Below are positions 34,723 to 45,916 of a stretch of DNA of 64,000 bases, in pieces. Under the pieces are notes generated by a model. It did no database searches. It had not been told where the DNA came from and saw only the letters and a program-made list of their open reading frames with translations. Origin of the DNA: a virus; IMG/VR virus record IMGVR_UViG_3300042898_002099; one strand, given 5' to 3'. Numbering within the stretch: the first letter of the stretch is position 1; each line of letters starts with the position of its first letter. Made by a program: the position numbers and the translations under genes.

Positions 34723-35654
34723 ACTAACCCCTTTTCTTTTTTGTACCAATCAATAGTTTGTTTTAAGCCCTTATCAAAAGTAACTTTAGCTTTCCAGCCG
34801 AGGTCTTTTAGCTTAGTGTTATCCATTTTGCGTCTTGGTGTGCCGTTTGGTTTATCTTTGTTCCAAACAATTTTACCTGTGAAACCCATTTCTTTTTTGA
34901 GCTTATTAACGAGATCTTTAATTGTAAGTTCTTCGTCACTACCAACATTAACAAATTCTGCTTTATCATAATTTTGCATCAACCAAAAACAAGCATCTGC
35001 TAGATCATCTACATATAAAAATTCTCTAGTTGGTGTACCATCACCCCAGCACTCTATGCTATTATCCCCTGTCTTCATAGCATTATGCATCTTGGTAATA
35101 ATACCAGGAATTACGTGACCATGTTCTGGAATAAAATTATCATTAGGCCCATATAAATTTGCAGGCATACAACTAATAGCATTAAAGCCATATTGACGTC
35201 TGTAATACTCACACATTCTTAAACCTGTAATCTTAGCTAATGCATAACCTTCATTAGTTGGTTCAAGCGGTGCTGTTAATAAGTATTCTTCTTTAATTGG
35301 TTGAGGTGTTACCTTAGGGTAAATACAGGCTGAGCCCAAGAACAATAGTTTCTGACAACCATTTCTATATGCAGAATCAATTACATTAGTTTGAATCTGT
35401 AAGTTGTCATAGATAAACTCACCGGGATTTGTCCAGTTCCAGTTAATGCCACCAACTTTAGCTGCTGCTAAGAAAACAAAGTCTGGTCTTTCTGTACTAA
35501 AGAAGTTTTTAACTGCTCGTTGGTCTCGTAAATCTAATTCGCCCTTTGATCTAAGAATTAAATTAGTATAACCTTCTTCTTTTAATTTTCTTACTATTGC
35601 TGATCCAACTAATCCTCTGTGACCAGCAACAAATATTTTGCTATTCTTTTCCAT
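34719..35654 (-). CDS. fcl: GDP-L-fucose synthase / ColC-like reductase
   Basis: GHRGLVGS, AAAKVGGI, LGSACIYP, YALAK. Confidence 0.93.
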   Translation of the reverse strand: MEKNSKIFVAGHRGLVGSAIVRKLKEEGYTNLILRSKGELDLRDQRAVKNFFSTERPDFVFLAAAKVGGINWNWTNPGEFIYDNLQIQTNVIDSAYRNGCQKLLFLGSACIYPKVTPQPIKEEYLLTAPLEPTNEGYALAKITGLRMCEYYRRQYGFNAISCMPANLYGPNDNFIPEHGHVIPGIITKMHNAMKTGDNSIECWGDGTPTREFLYVDDLADACFWLMQNYDKAEFVNVGSDEELTIKDLVNKLKKEMGFTGKIVWNKDKPNGTPRRKMDNTKLKDLGWKAKVTFDKGLKQTIDWYKKEKGLV

Positions 35655-35662
35655 TTTTATTC

Positions 35663-36322
35663 CTATCTTAAAGTAAACACATAATCGTGAAGGGATAATT
35701 TTTCAGTAAATTTATGAGTATTATCTACAACATCAATTATCTTTTGTATATCATCGTGCCATTCAACTAAAAGAACTTTCGGTAGATATTTTTCTATGGA
35801 AAAGCCTTTAAGGACTTCCAATTCATATCCTTCTACGTCTAATGAAAAAAAGTCTACTGTTGCTACATTTAATGATTCTAATATTGAATCTAGTGTTCGT
35901 GTAGGAACAACAAATTCATATCTAATTTCCTCTTCATTTAAAGCAGAGGCTTTTGCTGTCCAATTTTCATTTTTCCATATAGGAGAAGATTTTACAGAAG
36001 TCATTAATCCTGGATCGTCAGAATAAACCCGACGATGCGTCATAGTAATTTCCTTTGCGAGATTTCCGTGAGAAATTAAAGCAGAATTAAATACTTTAGA
36101 GTTGGGTCTATTATCGCGACACACCTCAAATGCTTCGGGGTTAGGTTCTACTAAAATACCTGTCCAACCTAGTTCTTCTTCGAGGTGCCATGTATTGCTT
36201 TGAGTAAAACCGTCAGCGCCGCCCACTTCAATAAAGAATCCATTTCTATAATTTAAATATTTTTCAACAACTTTGCGATTTACATCTTGGTATGAAGGAG
36301 GAAACATATTATCCTCAAGCAA
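35663..36322 (-). CDS. FkbM-family methyltransferase
   Basis: EVGGADG..SNT, LDVEGYE. Confidence 0.88.
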   Translation of the reverse strand: MLEDNMFPPSYQDVNRKVVEKYLNYRNGFFIEVGGADGFTQSNTWHLEEELGWTGILVEPNPEAFEVCRDNRPNSKVFNSALISHGNLAKEITMTHRRVYSDDPGLMTSVKSSPIWKNENWTAKASALNEEEIRYEFVVPTRTLDSILESLNVATVDFFSLDVEGYELEVLKGFSIEKYLPKVLLVEWHDDIQKIIDVVDNTHKFTEKLSLHDYVFTLR

Positions 36323-37328
36323 AATTAATGCACATATCTTCTACAAGAGCATCAAAAGAATGCTTAGGTGTCCAGCCGAGTACACTCTTGGCCTTTGACG
36401 AGTCACCCAATAATGTTTCTACTTCTGCAGGGCGGAAATATTTTTCATCTACGCGAACAATAATTTTTCCTGTATGCTCATTAATACCTACTTCATTAAG
36501 TCCTTCGCCTTCCCAGCGAATTTTTAATGCAAAATAAGGCGCGCATCTTTCAACAAATTCTTTAACTGAATATTGTTCACCTGTAGAAATAACAAAATCG
36601 TCAGGGGTATCTTGTTGCAACATTAACCACATTGCTTCAACATAGTCTTTAGCGTGACCCCAATCTCGTTTAGCATTCAAATTGCCTAGATATAAACACT
36701 CTTGGTTACCTGAGCTAATTGACTCTAAACCATTTACAATTTTCTTAGTTACAAAGTTGTGTCCACGACGAGGAGACTCGTGATTAAATAGAATGCCAGA
36801 GCAAGCAAACATATTATATGATTCACGATAGTTCTTAACTATCCAATATGCGTAGAGCTTAGCTACACCATACGGTGATCTAGGATAAAAGGGAGTTGTT
36901 TCTTTTTGCGGAATCTCTTGCACTAAACCATATAGTTCAGAAGTAGATGCTTGATAAATTTTACAGGTCTTTTCCATGTTAAGCAATCTAACAGCTTCAA
37001 GAATACGCAATGTACCTAAGCCATCAACCATAGCAGTATACTCAGGAGTTTCAAAAGAAACCTTAACGTGACTTTGAGCTGCAAGATTGTAGATTTCACA
37101 TGGATTGTGTTTCTTCAATACGTTCATAACAGACAAAGAATCTGTTACATCGCCATAATGAAGATGCAGATCTGGATTGTTGTAGATATGGTCAATGCGA
37201 CCTGTATTGATTGACGAGCTGCGACGGATAATACCGTGAACTTCGTAACCTTTAGACAATAAAAGTTCTGCTAGATAAGAACCGTCTTGTCCAGTAATGC
37301 CTGTAATAAGGGCTACTTTTTTACTCAT
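36315..37328 (-). CDS. gmd: GDP-mannose 4,6-dehydratase
   Basis: [34 protein letters not shown]. Confidence 0.97.
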   Translation of the reverse strand: MSKKVALITGITGQDGSYLAELLLSKGYEVHGIIRRSSSINTGRIDHIYNNPDLHLHYGDVTDSLSVMNVLKKHNPCEIYNLAAQSHVKVSFETPEYTAMVDGLGTLRILEAVRLLNMEKTCKIYQASTSELYGLVQEIPQKETTPFYPRSPYGVAKLYAYWIVKNYRESYNMFACSGILFNHESPRRGHNFVTKKIVNGLESISSGNQECLYLGNLNAKRDWGHAKDYVEAMWLMLQQDTPDDFVISTGEQYSVKEFVERCAPYFALKIRWEGEGLNEVGINEHTGKIIVRVDEKYFRPAEVETLLGDSSKAKSVLGWTPKHSFDALVEDMCINFA

Positions 37329-37329
37329 A

Positions 37330-38169
37330 TTATAATCTCCTAAATAATATATCTTCTTTATAATTCAATATCTTATCAATATTGTTTACGGCGGAATTCC
37401 ACTCGCCTACTTTAAAATATTTATCGTCTGCGATATCCGCTATAAAAACATTAAGTTGTTCTTTTAACATTAAAGGATTCAAACTATGTTCTATGAATAG
37501 ATTGGTACAATAAAAGTTCTTTAAATTTTTAGAACAAAATGCAGATGAAATAGCAAAACTGCCAGCTCCAGATGTTGCTAGGTTTTTTGCCTTTAACATA
37601 AAGGAATATGCATCTTGAACAGATAAAAATCTAACATCAATACTATCACCTAATGTCTGATACAAACAAGGCACTATAGGATTTATATTATCTTCAGCTA
37701 GAAAAATTACTTTACCATGAAACAAGTTGTATAATTCCAAATAATATAGTAATGGATTTTGAGTATGTGAGTTAGGAAAATGGGTATACAAATCCCCGCT
37801 TCTTATATGTACGACACATACATCATCTAACGATTCTATTATTTCATCATGATCAATTTTTAAATTTGGTAGAATATATTTTTCACATATTTCTTTTCGT
37901 TTAAAATTTAAATCGGTTATATCTACATCGAAATCTTTATCAGGTCCCTCAAAAAAATAAAACCAATTGTGAGATGATTCGTTTATTTTAAATTCATTGT
38001 CCCCAAATGTCAATTCAATAGCATTAATAAATGGATGATCTGGTGACGTAAATTTTACTTTATTCTTTTCACAGAAATATATTCCATTAGAAATTTGCTG
38101 AATATTATTACCAAGCCGCCCAAACCACCTTGGGATAAATGTGTCGTGTACTATTTCGTTAGTGTGCAT
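37330..38169 (-). CDS. GT11-like (alpha-1,2-fucosyltransferase-like) protein
   Basis: GRLGN and VHIRSGD. Confidence 0.65.
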   Translation of the reverse strand: MHTNEIVHDTFIPRWFGRLGNNIQQISNGIYFCEKNKVKFTSPDHPFINAIELTFGDNEFKINESSHNWFYFFEGPDKDFDVDITDLNFKRKEICEKYILPNLKIDHDEIIESLDDVCVVHIRSGDLYTHFPNSHTQNPLLYYLELYNLFHGKVIFLAEDNINPIVPCLYQTLGDSIDVRFLSVQDAYSFMLKAKNLATSGAGSFAISSAFCSKNLKNFYCTNLFIEHSLNPLMLKEQLNVFIADIADDKYFKVGEWNSAVNNIDKILNYKEDILFRRL

Positions 38170-38181
38170 AAAGAAAGGTGC

Positions 38182-38199
38182 AGGACGCCGAAGCGTCCT
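38182..38199 (-). terminator. UUCG hairpin after the CobS-like gene
   Basis: AGGACGC-TTCG-GCGTCCT. Confidence 0.6.
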
Positions 38200-38219
38200 T
38201 GTGTTAGATTAATTTATTA

Positions 38220-39389
38220 TTAGAATGGAATTTCGTCATCCACTTTGTTTACAGTTGGTTGTTCTTCAACGACAACTTCTGGTGTACTCATTTTAACATA
38301 CAAATCCATGAATGCAGTCTTTGTGTCATCGTCAAACCTATTGATACAATAAGTAATTGCGTCTTCTCTGCTATTAAAGATTGAATATGCTTGAACAATG
38401 TTTACCAAACGACGTGTACTGATAATCTCATCCACACCACCTTCTTCAAAGGTTTTACGAATAACTTCTGCCCAGCTAATCAATTTGTCCGCAAATTCCG
38501 TATCGACTTTGCCAAAGAATTCCATCTTATTAGCAATGATCTTTTTCTCAATCGCCGGTGACGGAAATTCTTGTTCTACAGTAATTGGGAATCGCTCAAG
38601 AAAAGCATCATCCAAAATCTGAGCTGCAATAAAACGACCGTCTTCTGTGCCTCGACCTTTAGTGTTGGCAGTTGCTACGATAGTGAAACCTTTTTCAGCA
38701 TAGATCATTTCACCTGTCTTTTTATTGAAATAAGGTTTGCCTTCTAGGATACTCTGCAGGCACATTAATTTATTTGAACCACGATCAATTTCGTCAATCA
38801 AAAGTACTGCACCTCGACGCATAGCCATTAGAACAGGACCTTCACGATAAATTACATTACCATCTTGCAATGTATTACCACCAATAAGATCATCCTCATC
38901 TGTTTCAATACTGATATTGACCCTGATACATTCACGACCTAATTTAGCCGCAGCTTGTTCTACCATTGTGGTCTTACCATTGCCTGATAGACCAGTAACA
39001 AAAACAGGATAAAATGTCTTGGATTTTAAGATCATTTCCAATTGTTTGTAAAAACCAAAAGGAACATACGTGTTATCTTTTGCGGGAATAGTACTATCAA
39101 TTTCTACAGCAATTCGTTTCTTCATAGGAATAATTTGTGCTTGTAATGCTGGGAAAACATCTTCAGATTGCATAGTCTCAACTTTTGTAGTTTCAAACAT
39201 TTGTGACAAGTCATATTGACTTTTGCCAATTTTAATTTCTCGGCATGCAACAATAAAGTGCGGATTAGGCAATTTATTAGTTTCACAATAAGAAAGAATT
39301 TGTTCTTTAGTTACAACTTTGCCGAATTCGGCAATCAATTTAGCAACCAATTCTTTGCGCTGTTCTTCAGAATAATGAGATTTAGACAT
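38220..39389 (-). CDS. CobS/MoxR-like AAA+ ATPase
   Basis: GLSGNGKT, LIDEID, TANTKGRG, AFLERF; promoter at 39425-39453. Confidence 0.9.
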   Translation of the reverse strand: MSKSHYSEEQRKELVAKLIAEFGKVVTKEQILSYCETNKLPNPHFIVACREIKIGKSQYDLSQMFETTKVETMQSEDVFPALQAQIIPMKKRIAVEIDSTIPAKDNTYVPFGFYKQLEMILKSKTFYPVFVTGLSGNGKTTMVEQAAAKLGRECIRVNISIETDEDDLIGGNTLQDGNVIYREGPVLMAMRRGAVLLIDEIDRGSNKLMCLQSILEGKPYFNKKTGEMIYAEKGFTIVATANTKGRGTEDGRFIAAQILDDAFLERFPITVEQEFPSPAIEKKIIANKMEFFGKVDTEFADKLISWAEVIRKTFEEGGVDEIISTRRLVNIVQAYSIFNSREDAITYCINRFDDDTKTAFMDLYVKMSTPEVVVEEQPTVNKVDDEIPF

Positions 39390-39449
39390 GATATAAAGTT
39401 CCAATTAAGTTCAATTCACAATTAATTATAACACCTTTTTAATTGCGTG

Positions 39450-41735
39450 TCAAGCAATTTTATCGATAAATCTGCTCAAAAGCACACGGTTCACACTCTT
39501 GCTTTTCTGCATTTTCATGAACGCCGTTTTCAATTCGTTCTTTGAACTATTTGAATTGACATCCATTCCGTCTTCTTTAATTTCTAAATCATCACCACCG
39601 GGAATAATATAATAATCATCGTAGCCTACATTATTCAACATAAAGAATTTAGTCTTTCTAAATGATTTAAATTTCTCATCAAAATCGGTTATGTGTGTAC
39701 CTGATCTTTCAATTCTACCTAGAATATATCTTTTAGCATGTTTAGCTTGTGGTGTAATAAAAAATCCAATTACATTTACTCCAGTAATATTTTTAAGTAA
39801 ATTTAATAATCCAACTGTAAGATCTGCTCCTGGCGGTTTTTTACCTTCAGACATTGTACTAACGTCTCGAATAATAACATTTGAACTAAGAACAGAATGA
39901 GTAGTTCCAATATGTGTTTGACCAACTGCTCGTTGTTTATCTATAATCGTATTTGTATCATTGGATTCGCCATCTGTTAAAAACACGGTATTAACCACAT
40001 CCAATTTATAACTGGCTTTAAATTGTTTTACAATTGCTACGCTAGAAACAATTGCTTCATTTAAAGGTGTACCATTTAATACTTCGAATTCACTCAATTT
40101 AAATTCGCGAGGAAGACTAACATCACTCTGTTTATAATTCCAGCTACGATTAGAATGTAATTCACCAACCAATAACCAATACTTAACTGCTTCTTTAAAT
40201 TCTGTTCCAGACATTTCGCTAGAAATATATTCTCTCAATCTAAATCCATTAGAATTTAAGCACAACTCTTTATCATTTTCAGAAAACTTAGCGTACTTTG
40301 AAGCAAGTTTAGGATTGTTTATATACTTTGAAGTTGCCAAATATTCTTTATATTCTTCAGTATTAGGATAGTTCATTTCTTCTACTAGATTATTTGATAC
40401 TAAATCTGTAAAAGCATAAACTCGGAATGGAATATTTACTTTGCGACAAAATGTAGCAAGTACCAATGTTTGCTCAATAGTAGATTTAATATTGTCTGTC
40501 ATTGAACCAGAGTAATCAATGAACATTACTAAACCATGCGATTTACCTTTTGGCACAACTGTCATTCGACGAAACAAATCATCATTAAACTTATAACCAA
40601 ATACTTTTTTCATATCTAGTTCGCCAGTTTTAGACACACTTGCTCTTGCGAATTGACGTGCGTTTCTTTTAAGCTCAAATTCTTTAATTAGATAAGACAC
40701 ATACTTTTTGTTTGTGTCATAAAATCGTTTTAGCAATTTTGTTTTAGACGTTTCAATAAGTTCCAATGCCTGGTCTGCGGTGTATGAGAAATCAGCTACG
40801 CCAACAATCTCTGCATTTGGATATTTAAAATCATTATAATATTTTATAATATTTTTATAAGGAACAACGATATTTTCTAATTTGGGAGTAGGCATATTAA
40901 CATAGTAATATGGCTTTGTTTCATCGCTTAAAAAGTCTTTTTCACGCTTGCGAAAATTTTTATCAGTAATAGACTCTGGATCTAACTCGTCTAAATTATC
41001 CGATGATCCTGCTCTCCATCCACTACGTTTACCTTCACCATATTCGGTATCTTCCTCGTCTTCATCGGCGTCATCATAATCATAATCATTGCCATCCTCA
41101 TCTACATCTTCTTCGTCATAGAATTCATCTTCTAATTTATCTCGCAATTCTTGTTTGCCATTTTCAAATAACTCTTTAGCAATGTTATATACATCTTCCC
41201 AAGTGTCAAGTGAATCTAAACGATTTAAATATTCTTGTTCGTCAGAAGAAAATTGTACATTAAGATATGCTCCTACTTTATAGTGTAGGTTAATTCTATC
41301 AATCAGGGGAAGCGTATCAACATCGAGTTCTCCAGAATTGACACCGAAGAAATCGTTATGCATAAGTTCAGAATACCCTTTGATAAAGGATGTTTTGAGC
41401 CCGGGAAATTTTCTTTGAATTTGCTTTTCGATTCGAACATCTTCAACAACATTCAAATAGGTCTTGAAACCTTTGCTAACATTTCCAGTAACAGCAGTAT
41501 GCCAGCCTTCGGCAGGAGTAAAAAGAGCATGGCCTACTTCGTGACCCAATAACAGGTCATTTAGCCATTCAGACATGTTCTTCCAAATAGGAAGTACCAT
41601 TACTCTATTCTTAGTATCGAAATATGCGGTAGGGACTTTACGATGCTCAATCGTAATATTTTCAGAAGCGAGAAGTTTTGCTAGAAGGGATTTTGAAGAT
41701 TTAGATGTGTTTAACATTAGGTACTCCTTGGACAT
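39450..41735 (-). CDS. CobT-like protein (HExxH domain plus VWA/MIDAS)
   Basis: GHEVGHA, IDYSGSM, GTPL, LTDGE; promoter at 41741-41769. Confidence 0.85.
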   Translation of the reverse strand: MSKEYLMLNTSKSSKSLLAKLLASENITIEHRKVPTAYFDTKNRVMVLPIWKNMSEWLNDLLLGHEVGHALFTPAEGWHTAVTGNVSKGFKTYLNVVEDVRIEKQIQRKFPGLKTSFIKGYSELMHNDFFGVNSGELDVDTLPLIDRINLHYKVGAYLNVQFSSDEQEYLNRLDSLDTWEDVYNIAKELFENGKQELRDKLEDEFYDEEDVDEDGNDYDYDDADEDEEDTEYGEGKRSGWRAGSSDNLDELDPESITDKNFRKREKDFLSDETKPYYYVNMPTPKLENIVVPYKNIIKYYNDFKYPNAEIVGVADFSYTADQALELIETSKTKLLKRFYDTNKKYVSYLIKEFELKRNARQFARASVSKTGELDMKKVFGYKFNDDLFRRMTVVPKGKSHGLVMFIDYSGSMTDNIKSTIEQTLVLATFCRKVNIPFRVYAFTDLVSNNLVEEMNYPNTEEYKEYLATSKYINNPKLASKYAKFSENDKELCLNSNGFRLREYISSEMSGTEFKEAVKYWLLVGELHSNRSWNYKQSDVSLPREFKLSEFEVLNGTPLNEAIVSSVAIVKQFKASYKLDVVNTVFLTDGESNDTNTIIDKQRAVGQTHIGTTHSVLSSNVIIRDVSTMSEGKKPPGADLTVGLLNLLKNITGVNVIGFFITPQAKHAKRYILGRIERSGTHITDFDEKFKSFRKTKFFMLNNVGYDDYYIIPGGDDLEIKEDGMDVNSNSSKNELKTAFMKMQKSKSVNRVLLSRFIDKIA

Positions 41736-41799
41736 ACCTTATTATAACACCTTTAGGGGCAGTTGTCAAGCCCCCAGTTAGCCATATAGTATGTGGGGT

Positions 41800-42075
41800 C
41801 TAAGACCTCGTTATAGCCAAAATTCGCTCAATTTGCTTTTCTATTAAAGGAATGCGGTTTGGCCAATGGATATAATCCTTATCCGAATTCTTCATCAAAT
41901 TAACCAAAAGAGGTAGAATTAGTTTTTCAACGCTAGCTAGCTTTTCTTTAACTTTCGAATCCGCAGTTTGATTCGCTTCACTTATGAATGGATCTGCAAC
42001 ATCCGACTCATGTACCGCCGTAAATCCGAAGTCGTTACTTAAATCTAAATATTCTGCAGGGATTTTACTTGACAT
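41800..42075 (-). CDS. Conserved T4-like hypothetical protein
   Basis: DFGFTAV, PLLVNL..DYIHWPNR. Confidence 0.7.
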   Translation of the reverse strand: MSSKIPAEYLDLSNDFGFTAVHESDVADPFISEANQTADSKVKEKLASVEKLILPLLVNLMKNSDKDYIHWPNRIPLIEKQIERILAITRS

Positions 42076-42076
42076 A

Positions 42077-42670
42077 TTATTTCCAGCGTGGGCCGTGTAC
42101 CCAACCTACGAGTGCTTTACGTTGGCCTTTGGTAATGTGTTTTACATCATGTAATGTGTATGAGGGAAAGAAAGCAATAGTCCCTTTTGTTTGCGGAATA
42201 GCAAACGGAGTCTGCGATGTGTGCAAACGAGTTTCGCCACCTTCGTATTCTGATGGGTCGGTTAATTGCAATGAAAAACTTAATTTTCTTGGGTACTGAC
42301 CTGGACCTTGATAATGATGATCTACGTGTGCGTCATAGAAATCACCTTCATTGTAAACTGAATACTGAAGACCTTCGATGTTATGTAATTCAAACCCAAA
42401 CCATTTTTCATTTGCGGCTAGTACAACGTCTGTCAATTTTCTATATAACCAAGCATTTTCCTCGTTACCGGGAATCCATGCAATTTTTGTACTGCGAATA
42501 GTAGGATCTACTCTACCTTGTTCACCTGGACCTCCGCCGACATATGCCTGATCCAATCCCGCTTTTTCGCCAGCTGCAATAATGCCATTTATCATATCCT
42601 CATCAAATACGCCGTCATAATAACAAAACGCATTTACTGTATGTGTTGTTAGTTGCCATCCTAGTGTCAT
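42077..42670 (-). CDS. 2OG-Fe(II) oxygenase
   Basis: HVD, RKLS, FPSYTLHDV, R..LVGW. Confidence 0.9.
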   Translation of the reverse strand: MTLGWQLTTHTVNAFCYYDGVFDEDMINGIIAAGEKAGLDQAYVGGGPGEQGRVDPTIRSTKIAWIPGNEENAWLYRKLTDVVLAANEKWFGFELHNIEGLQYSVYNEGDFYDAHVDHHYQGPGQYPRKLSFSLQLTDPSEYEGGETRLHTSQTPFAIPQTKGTIAFFPSYTLHDVKHITKGQRKALVGWVHGPRWK

Positions 42671-42679
42671 AATATTCCT

Positions 42680-44395
42680 TTAAGTAGTAATTCTCGAAAA
42701 ATTCTGATGCTTTTCAAATTTAATAATACTTCTAAATTTATCAAAAAGCAAATCCCCTTTGTGACTAATAACGAATACATTAGTCTCTTCTCCTAATGTA
42801 TTTATTAAGTTCATCACGTAATCTGTGCCGTTAGCATCAAGAGATGAATCAAAAACCTCATCAAGTAACAGAAGGTTTGTGCTAGCACAATTCTTCATTT
42901 TAGCAATTGTTCTCCAGGTAAACAATAATGCCAAATCAATTCTTTGTTTTTCACCTTCACTAAATGAAGCATATGAAAATTCATCTCTGTGTCTAGATTT
43001 AATTGTCTCATTAAAGGTTTCATCCAATTCAAAGTGACAAAAGAAATCCATTGCAACAAGATATTTATTAACTAATTTATTGATGACAGGAAGATACTGC
43101 CTAATAATTTTAGTCTTAATACCTGTGTCTTTTAACAAAATACTCGCTATATCGAAATAGTGTTTATCCTCCGATAATTTGCTTTTTTCGCTGGCCGAAG
43201 CAACAACTTCTTTGGCCAACGCTTTAAGCTTCGTCTTTTCATCGTCAAGGTTTGCCGTATCATTAGTGTTGCTTGCCAGTTCCGTTTGCAATTTTTGTAT
43301 ATAACTCTGATTTGCAATAATTTTTGTATTGAGTTCGATAATGGTGTCGGTATGTTCAGAGATTTTCTTTTCGATATCAGCAATCGCATCAAGTCTAGTT
43401 TCAATATCTTGCAATTGTGTGGTAATGGTTTGAACTGCTGTCTCAACTTCTTCGAGTTTGTGTGTATGAAGTGAGATCGCTGAGTGTTTGTGATCTGTGT
43501 CAAGACCCTGGCTACACGTCGGACATACGTCATGTTCGTGGTAAAATTGTATGCTACTTTCTTGAGTCTTAATTCTCTCGGAAAGTTTTCGAAGGAGTTC
43601 TCCCATTTCAGTACGCTTGTTACGTTTCTCAGATGCGTCTGATATCGAGGATTTAAGATTACTTTCTTTTTGTTTTTGGTCAAGCACTCTGTCATTAAAC
43701 TGTGATATCTCTGTAGACGTTTCAGATATTCGTTTTTGTACATCATCTAATTTCTTTCTCTTGTCTTGCTCAAGTGTACCAATATACTGTTGTTGTATTT
43801 TAACCTTGCTTTTACCTAACTCAATAGCAGAATCAATTTCAGATATTTTAGTTTTAATGTCATTGACTTTATCTTTTAACACACTGTTCATTACAGTAAA
43901 GATTTGAATATCTAAAATGTCTTCAATAATTTCTCTACGATGTCCTAACGGCAATTGCATAAAAGGAGTAAAAGAAGCACTACCTAAAATTACAATTTGC
44001 GTAAACGACTTATAGTTTAATTTTAAAATACTATCTTCAAGATATTTCTGATAGTCTTTAGATGCCGCATCTTGGTTCAACAAAATACCCTGACAATGAA
44101 TTTCAAAAATGCCAGGTTTTATTCCCCGGACAATTTTATATTCTTTTTGCCCAATGTCAAATTCAATTTCAACTTGTAGGTTTTTACCGTTAATGCTATT
44201 CATTAACTGGGGTTTATTGATGCTTCTAAATGGTTTGTTAAATAGGCAAAAACAAATAGCATCAAGTATGGTACTTTTACCAGCACCATTCTCGCCTACA
44301 ATAAGTGTTGTGGATGTTTTATCTAATTTTACTTCTGTAAATTGACCACCCGTAGATAAAAAATTCTTCCACCTTACAGCTTTAAATCTTATCAT
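42680..44395 (-). CDS. 46: Recombination endonuclease ATPase subunit (gp46)
   Basis: GENGAGKS, CPTC hook, FSEGEK, LLDEVFD. Confidence 0.95.
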   Translation of the reverse strand: MIRFKAVRWKNFLSTGGQFTEVKLDKTSTTLIVGENGAGKSTILDAICFCLFNKPFRSINKPQLMNSINGKNLQVEIEFDIGQKEYKIVRGIKPGIFEIHCQGILLNQDAASKDYQKYLEDSILKLNYKSFTQIVILGSASFTPFMQLPLGHRREIIEDILDIQIFTVMNSVLKDKVNDIKTKISEIDSAIELGKSKVKIQQQYIGTLEQDKRKKLDDVQKRISETSTEISQFNDRVLDQKQKESNLKSSISDASEKRNKRTEMGELLRKLSERIKTQESSIQFYHEHDVCPTCSQGLDTDHKHSAISLHTHKLEEVETAVQTITTQLQDIETRLDAIADIEKKISEHTDTIIELNTKIIANQSYIQKLQTELASNTNDTANLDDEKTKLKALAKEVVASASEKSKLSEDKHYFDIASILLKDTGIKTKIIRQYLPVINKLVNKYLVAMDFFCHFELDETFNETIKSRHRDEFSYASFSEGEKQRIDLALLFTWRTIAKMKNCASTNLLLLDEVFDSSLDANGTDYVMNLINTLGEETNVFVISHKGDLLFDKFRSIIKFEKHQNFSRITT

Positions 44396-45456
44396 ACTTC
44401 CTCATAATGTTGTGCTTCTACATATAGCGTTTTTAAAATACCCTTGAGACGATCTTTATCAGAATCAGTATCAACGCTGTCTACATAGTTAGATAATAAT
44501 GTCATTGTGTCTTCTAAGTCAATAGATTCATCTAGAGCTTCAGATTCAAACTCTGAAAAGTCCTCAATAATTTTCAATTCTATTGGGTTCTGTTTATATA
44601 TTGATTCTATGAATCCGTCAAACTTAACAAAATCTTTTTTGTTAACTACAATAATTTTTATTAGCTTAGATGCAAATCTAGTAATATCAATTTTTGTTAT
44701 ATCTTCTTTTTCATCATCGTAATAATACTTCTCAAATATTGTAAAAGGATTTTTAACAAATTCTAATTCTTTAGTTTCAGTATCAAAGATATGAAACCCT
44801 CGGTCATCGTCAAAATCATTCCAGAATAATTGATATGGATTGCCCAAATATTGAACATTGCCTTTACCGTGTTTGTGATGGAAATGCCCAGAACAAACTA
44901 GATCAAAGTTCTTGAAAATACTAGGATCCATGCCTGAGTGATCTAGATGTGCATCTTGACCTTTGAACATTACAAATCCGGACAATTCCAAATGACCAAA
45001 ACATATTTTTGCTTTAGTATTTTTAATCATGTCAGATGCTTCTTGAAAATTATCTGTACATAACCAAGGTATCATTAAAATACTAGTACCATCGAAATCT
45101 AATTCAGTAGGTTTATCCCAGGCATTGATATTTGTATACTCACCCAATAACAAATCTGGTGAGTTTACATCATTAGTATTCTTAAAAAATGTATCATGAT
45201 TGCCCACAATCATATCCATTTTAATATTACGAGTTTTTATTTCCTCAAAGAAATAATTCTTGCAAGACTTTAACGAATTAAAATTAATATATTTTCTGCG
45301 ATCAAAACAATCACCTAAGTGTATTACATTAGTAATGCCTCTTTTATCTAGTTCAGGAAAGAATATTTCACTATAGAATTTTTTAAAAAATGCATCAAAT
45401 GGTTGAGAGTCTGATCTTGCCCCAAAATGCGTATCAGTTACTAGCGCTATCTTCAT
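44392..45456 (-). CDS. 47: Recombination endonuclease nuclease subunit (gp47)
   Basis: DTHFG, GNHD, SGHFH. Confidence 0.95.
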   Translation of the reverse strand: MKIALVTDTHFGARSDSQPFDAFFKKFYSEIFFPELDKRGITNVIHLGDCFDRRKYINFNSLKSCKNYFFEEIKTRNIKMDMIVGNHDTFFKNTNDVNSPDLLLGEYTNINAWDKPTELDFDGTSILMIPWLCTDNFQEASDMIKNTKAKICFGHLELSGFVMFKGQDAHLDHSGMDPSIFKNFDLVCSGHFHHKHGKGNVQYLGNPYQLFWNDFDDDRGFHIFDTETKELEFVKNPFTIFEKYYYDDEKEDITKIDITRFASKLIKIIVVNKKDFVKFDGFIESIYKQNPIELKIIEDFSEFESEALDESIDLEDTMTLLSNYVDSVDTDSDKDRLKGILKTLYVEAQHYEEV

Positions 45457-45916
45457 CAATATACTCCCATGTAGAATCACCCTTCTTTTGAACCGATGCT
45501 ACAAATTTGTAGTAATACGGAGGCCCTGCACACCAAGTTATAGGACTAATAGAGCTTAATATATTTTTATTTTTTATACTATCAAAATATAAAAAATACG
45601 GTTTACTATGTGTAACAATCATCCCAAATTCCGCACCGTGTACTAGTTCAGTTGCGTCTAGTCTATCAACAAGTTGTTTAGCTTGCTCTTGTAGAATATG
45701 TACCATTTCCATGATACGTTCATATTCTTGTTTGGCATGTTCTTTTGCAACATTTAAAGCAATGTCTTTTTCTTTTTCAATTTGAACAGGTGCAAAAAAT
45801 CCCGCACCTACTTCTACTGGATACTCACTTGAATTGCGATTAATAAAGGCAACTACTTGTCCATCAATAATAACATCTTTACTATTACGACCTTTTAAAA
45901 CATTACTTTCTTTCAT
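45434..45916 (-). CDS. DUF2452-like hypothetical protein
   Basis: YPVEVGAGFFAP..QEYERI..GDSTW. Confidence 0.55.
   Translation of the reverse strand: MKESNVLKGRNSKDVIIDGQVVAFINRNSSEYPVEVGAGFFAPVQIEKEKDIALNVAKEHAKQEYERIMEMVHILQEQAKQLVDRLDATELVHGAEFGMIVTHSKPYFLYFDSIKNKNILSSISPITWCAGPPYYYKFVASVQKKGDSTWEYIDEDSASN

Noticed and set aside
38220-41735. CobS/CobT as cobalamin auxiliary genes
   Set aside because: A common T4-like MoxR AAA+/VWA pair with no cobN or other B12 genes nearby.
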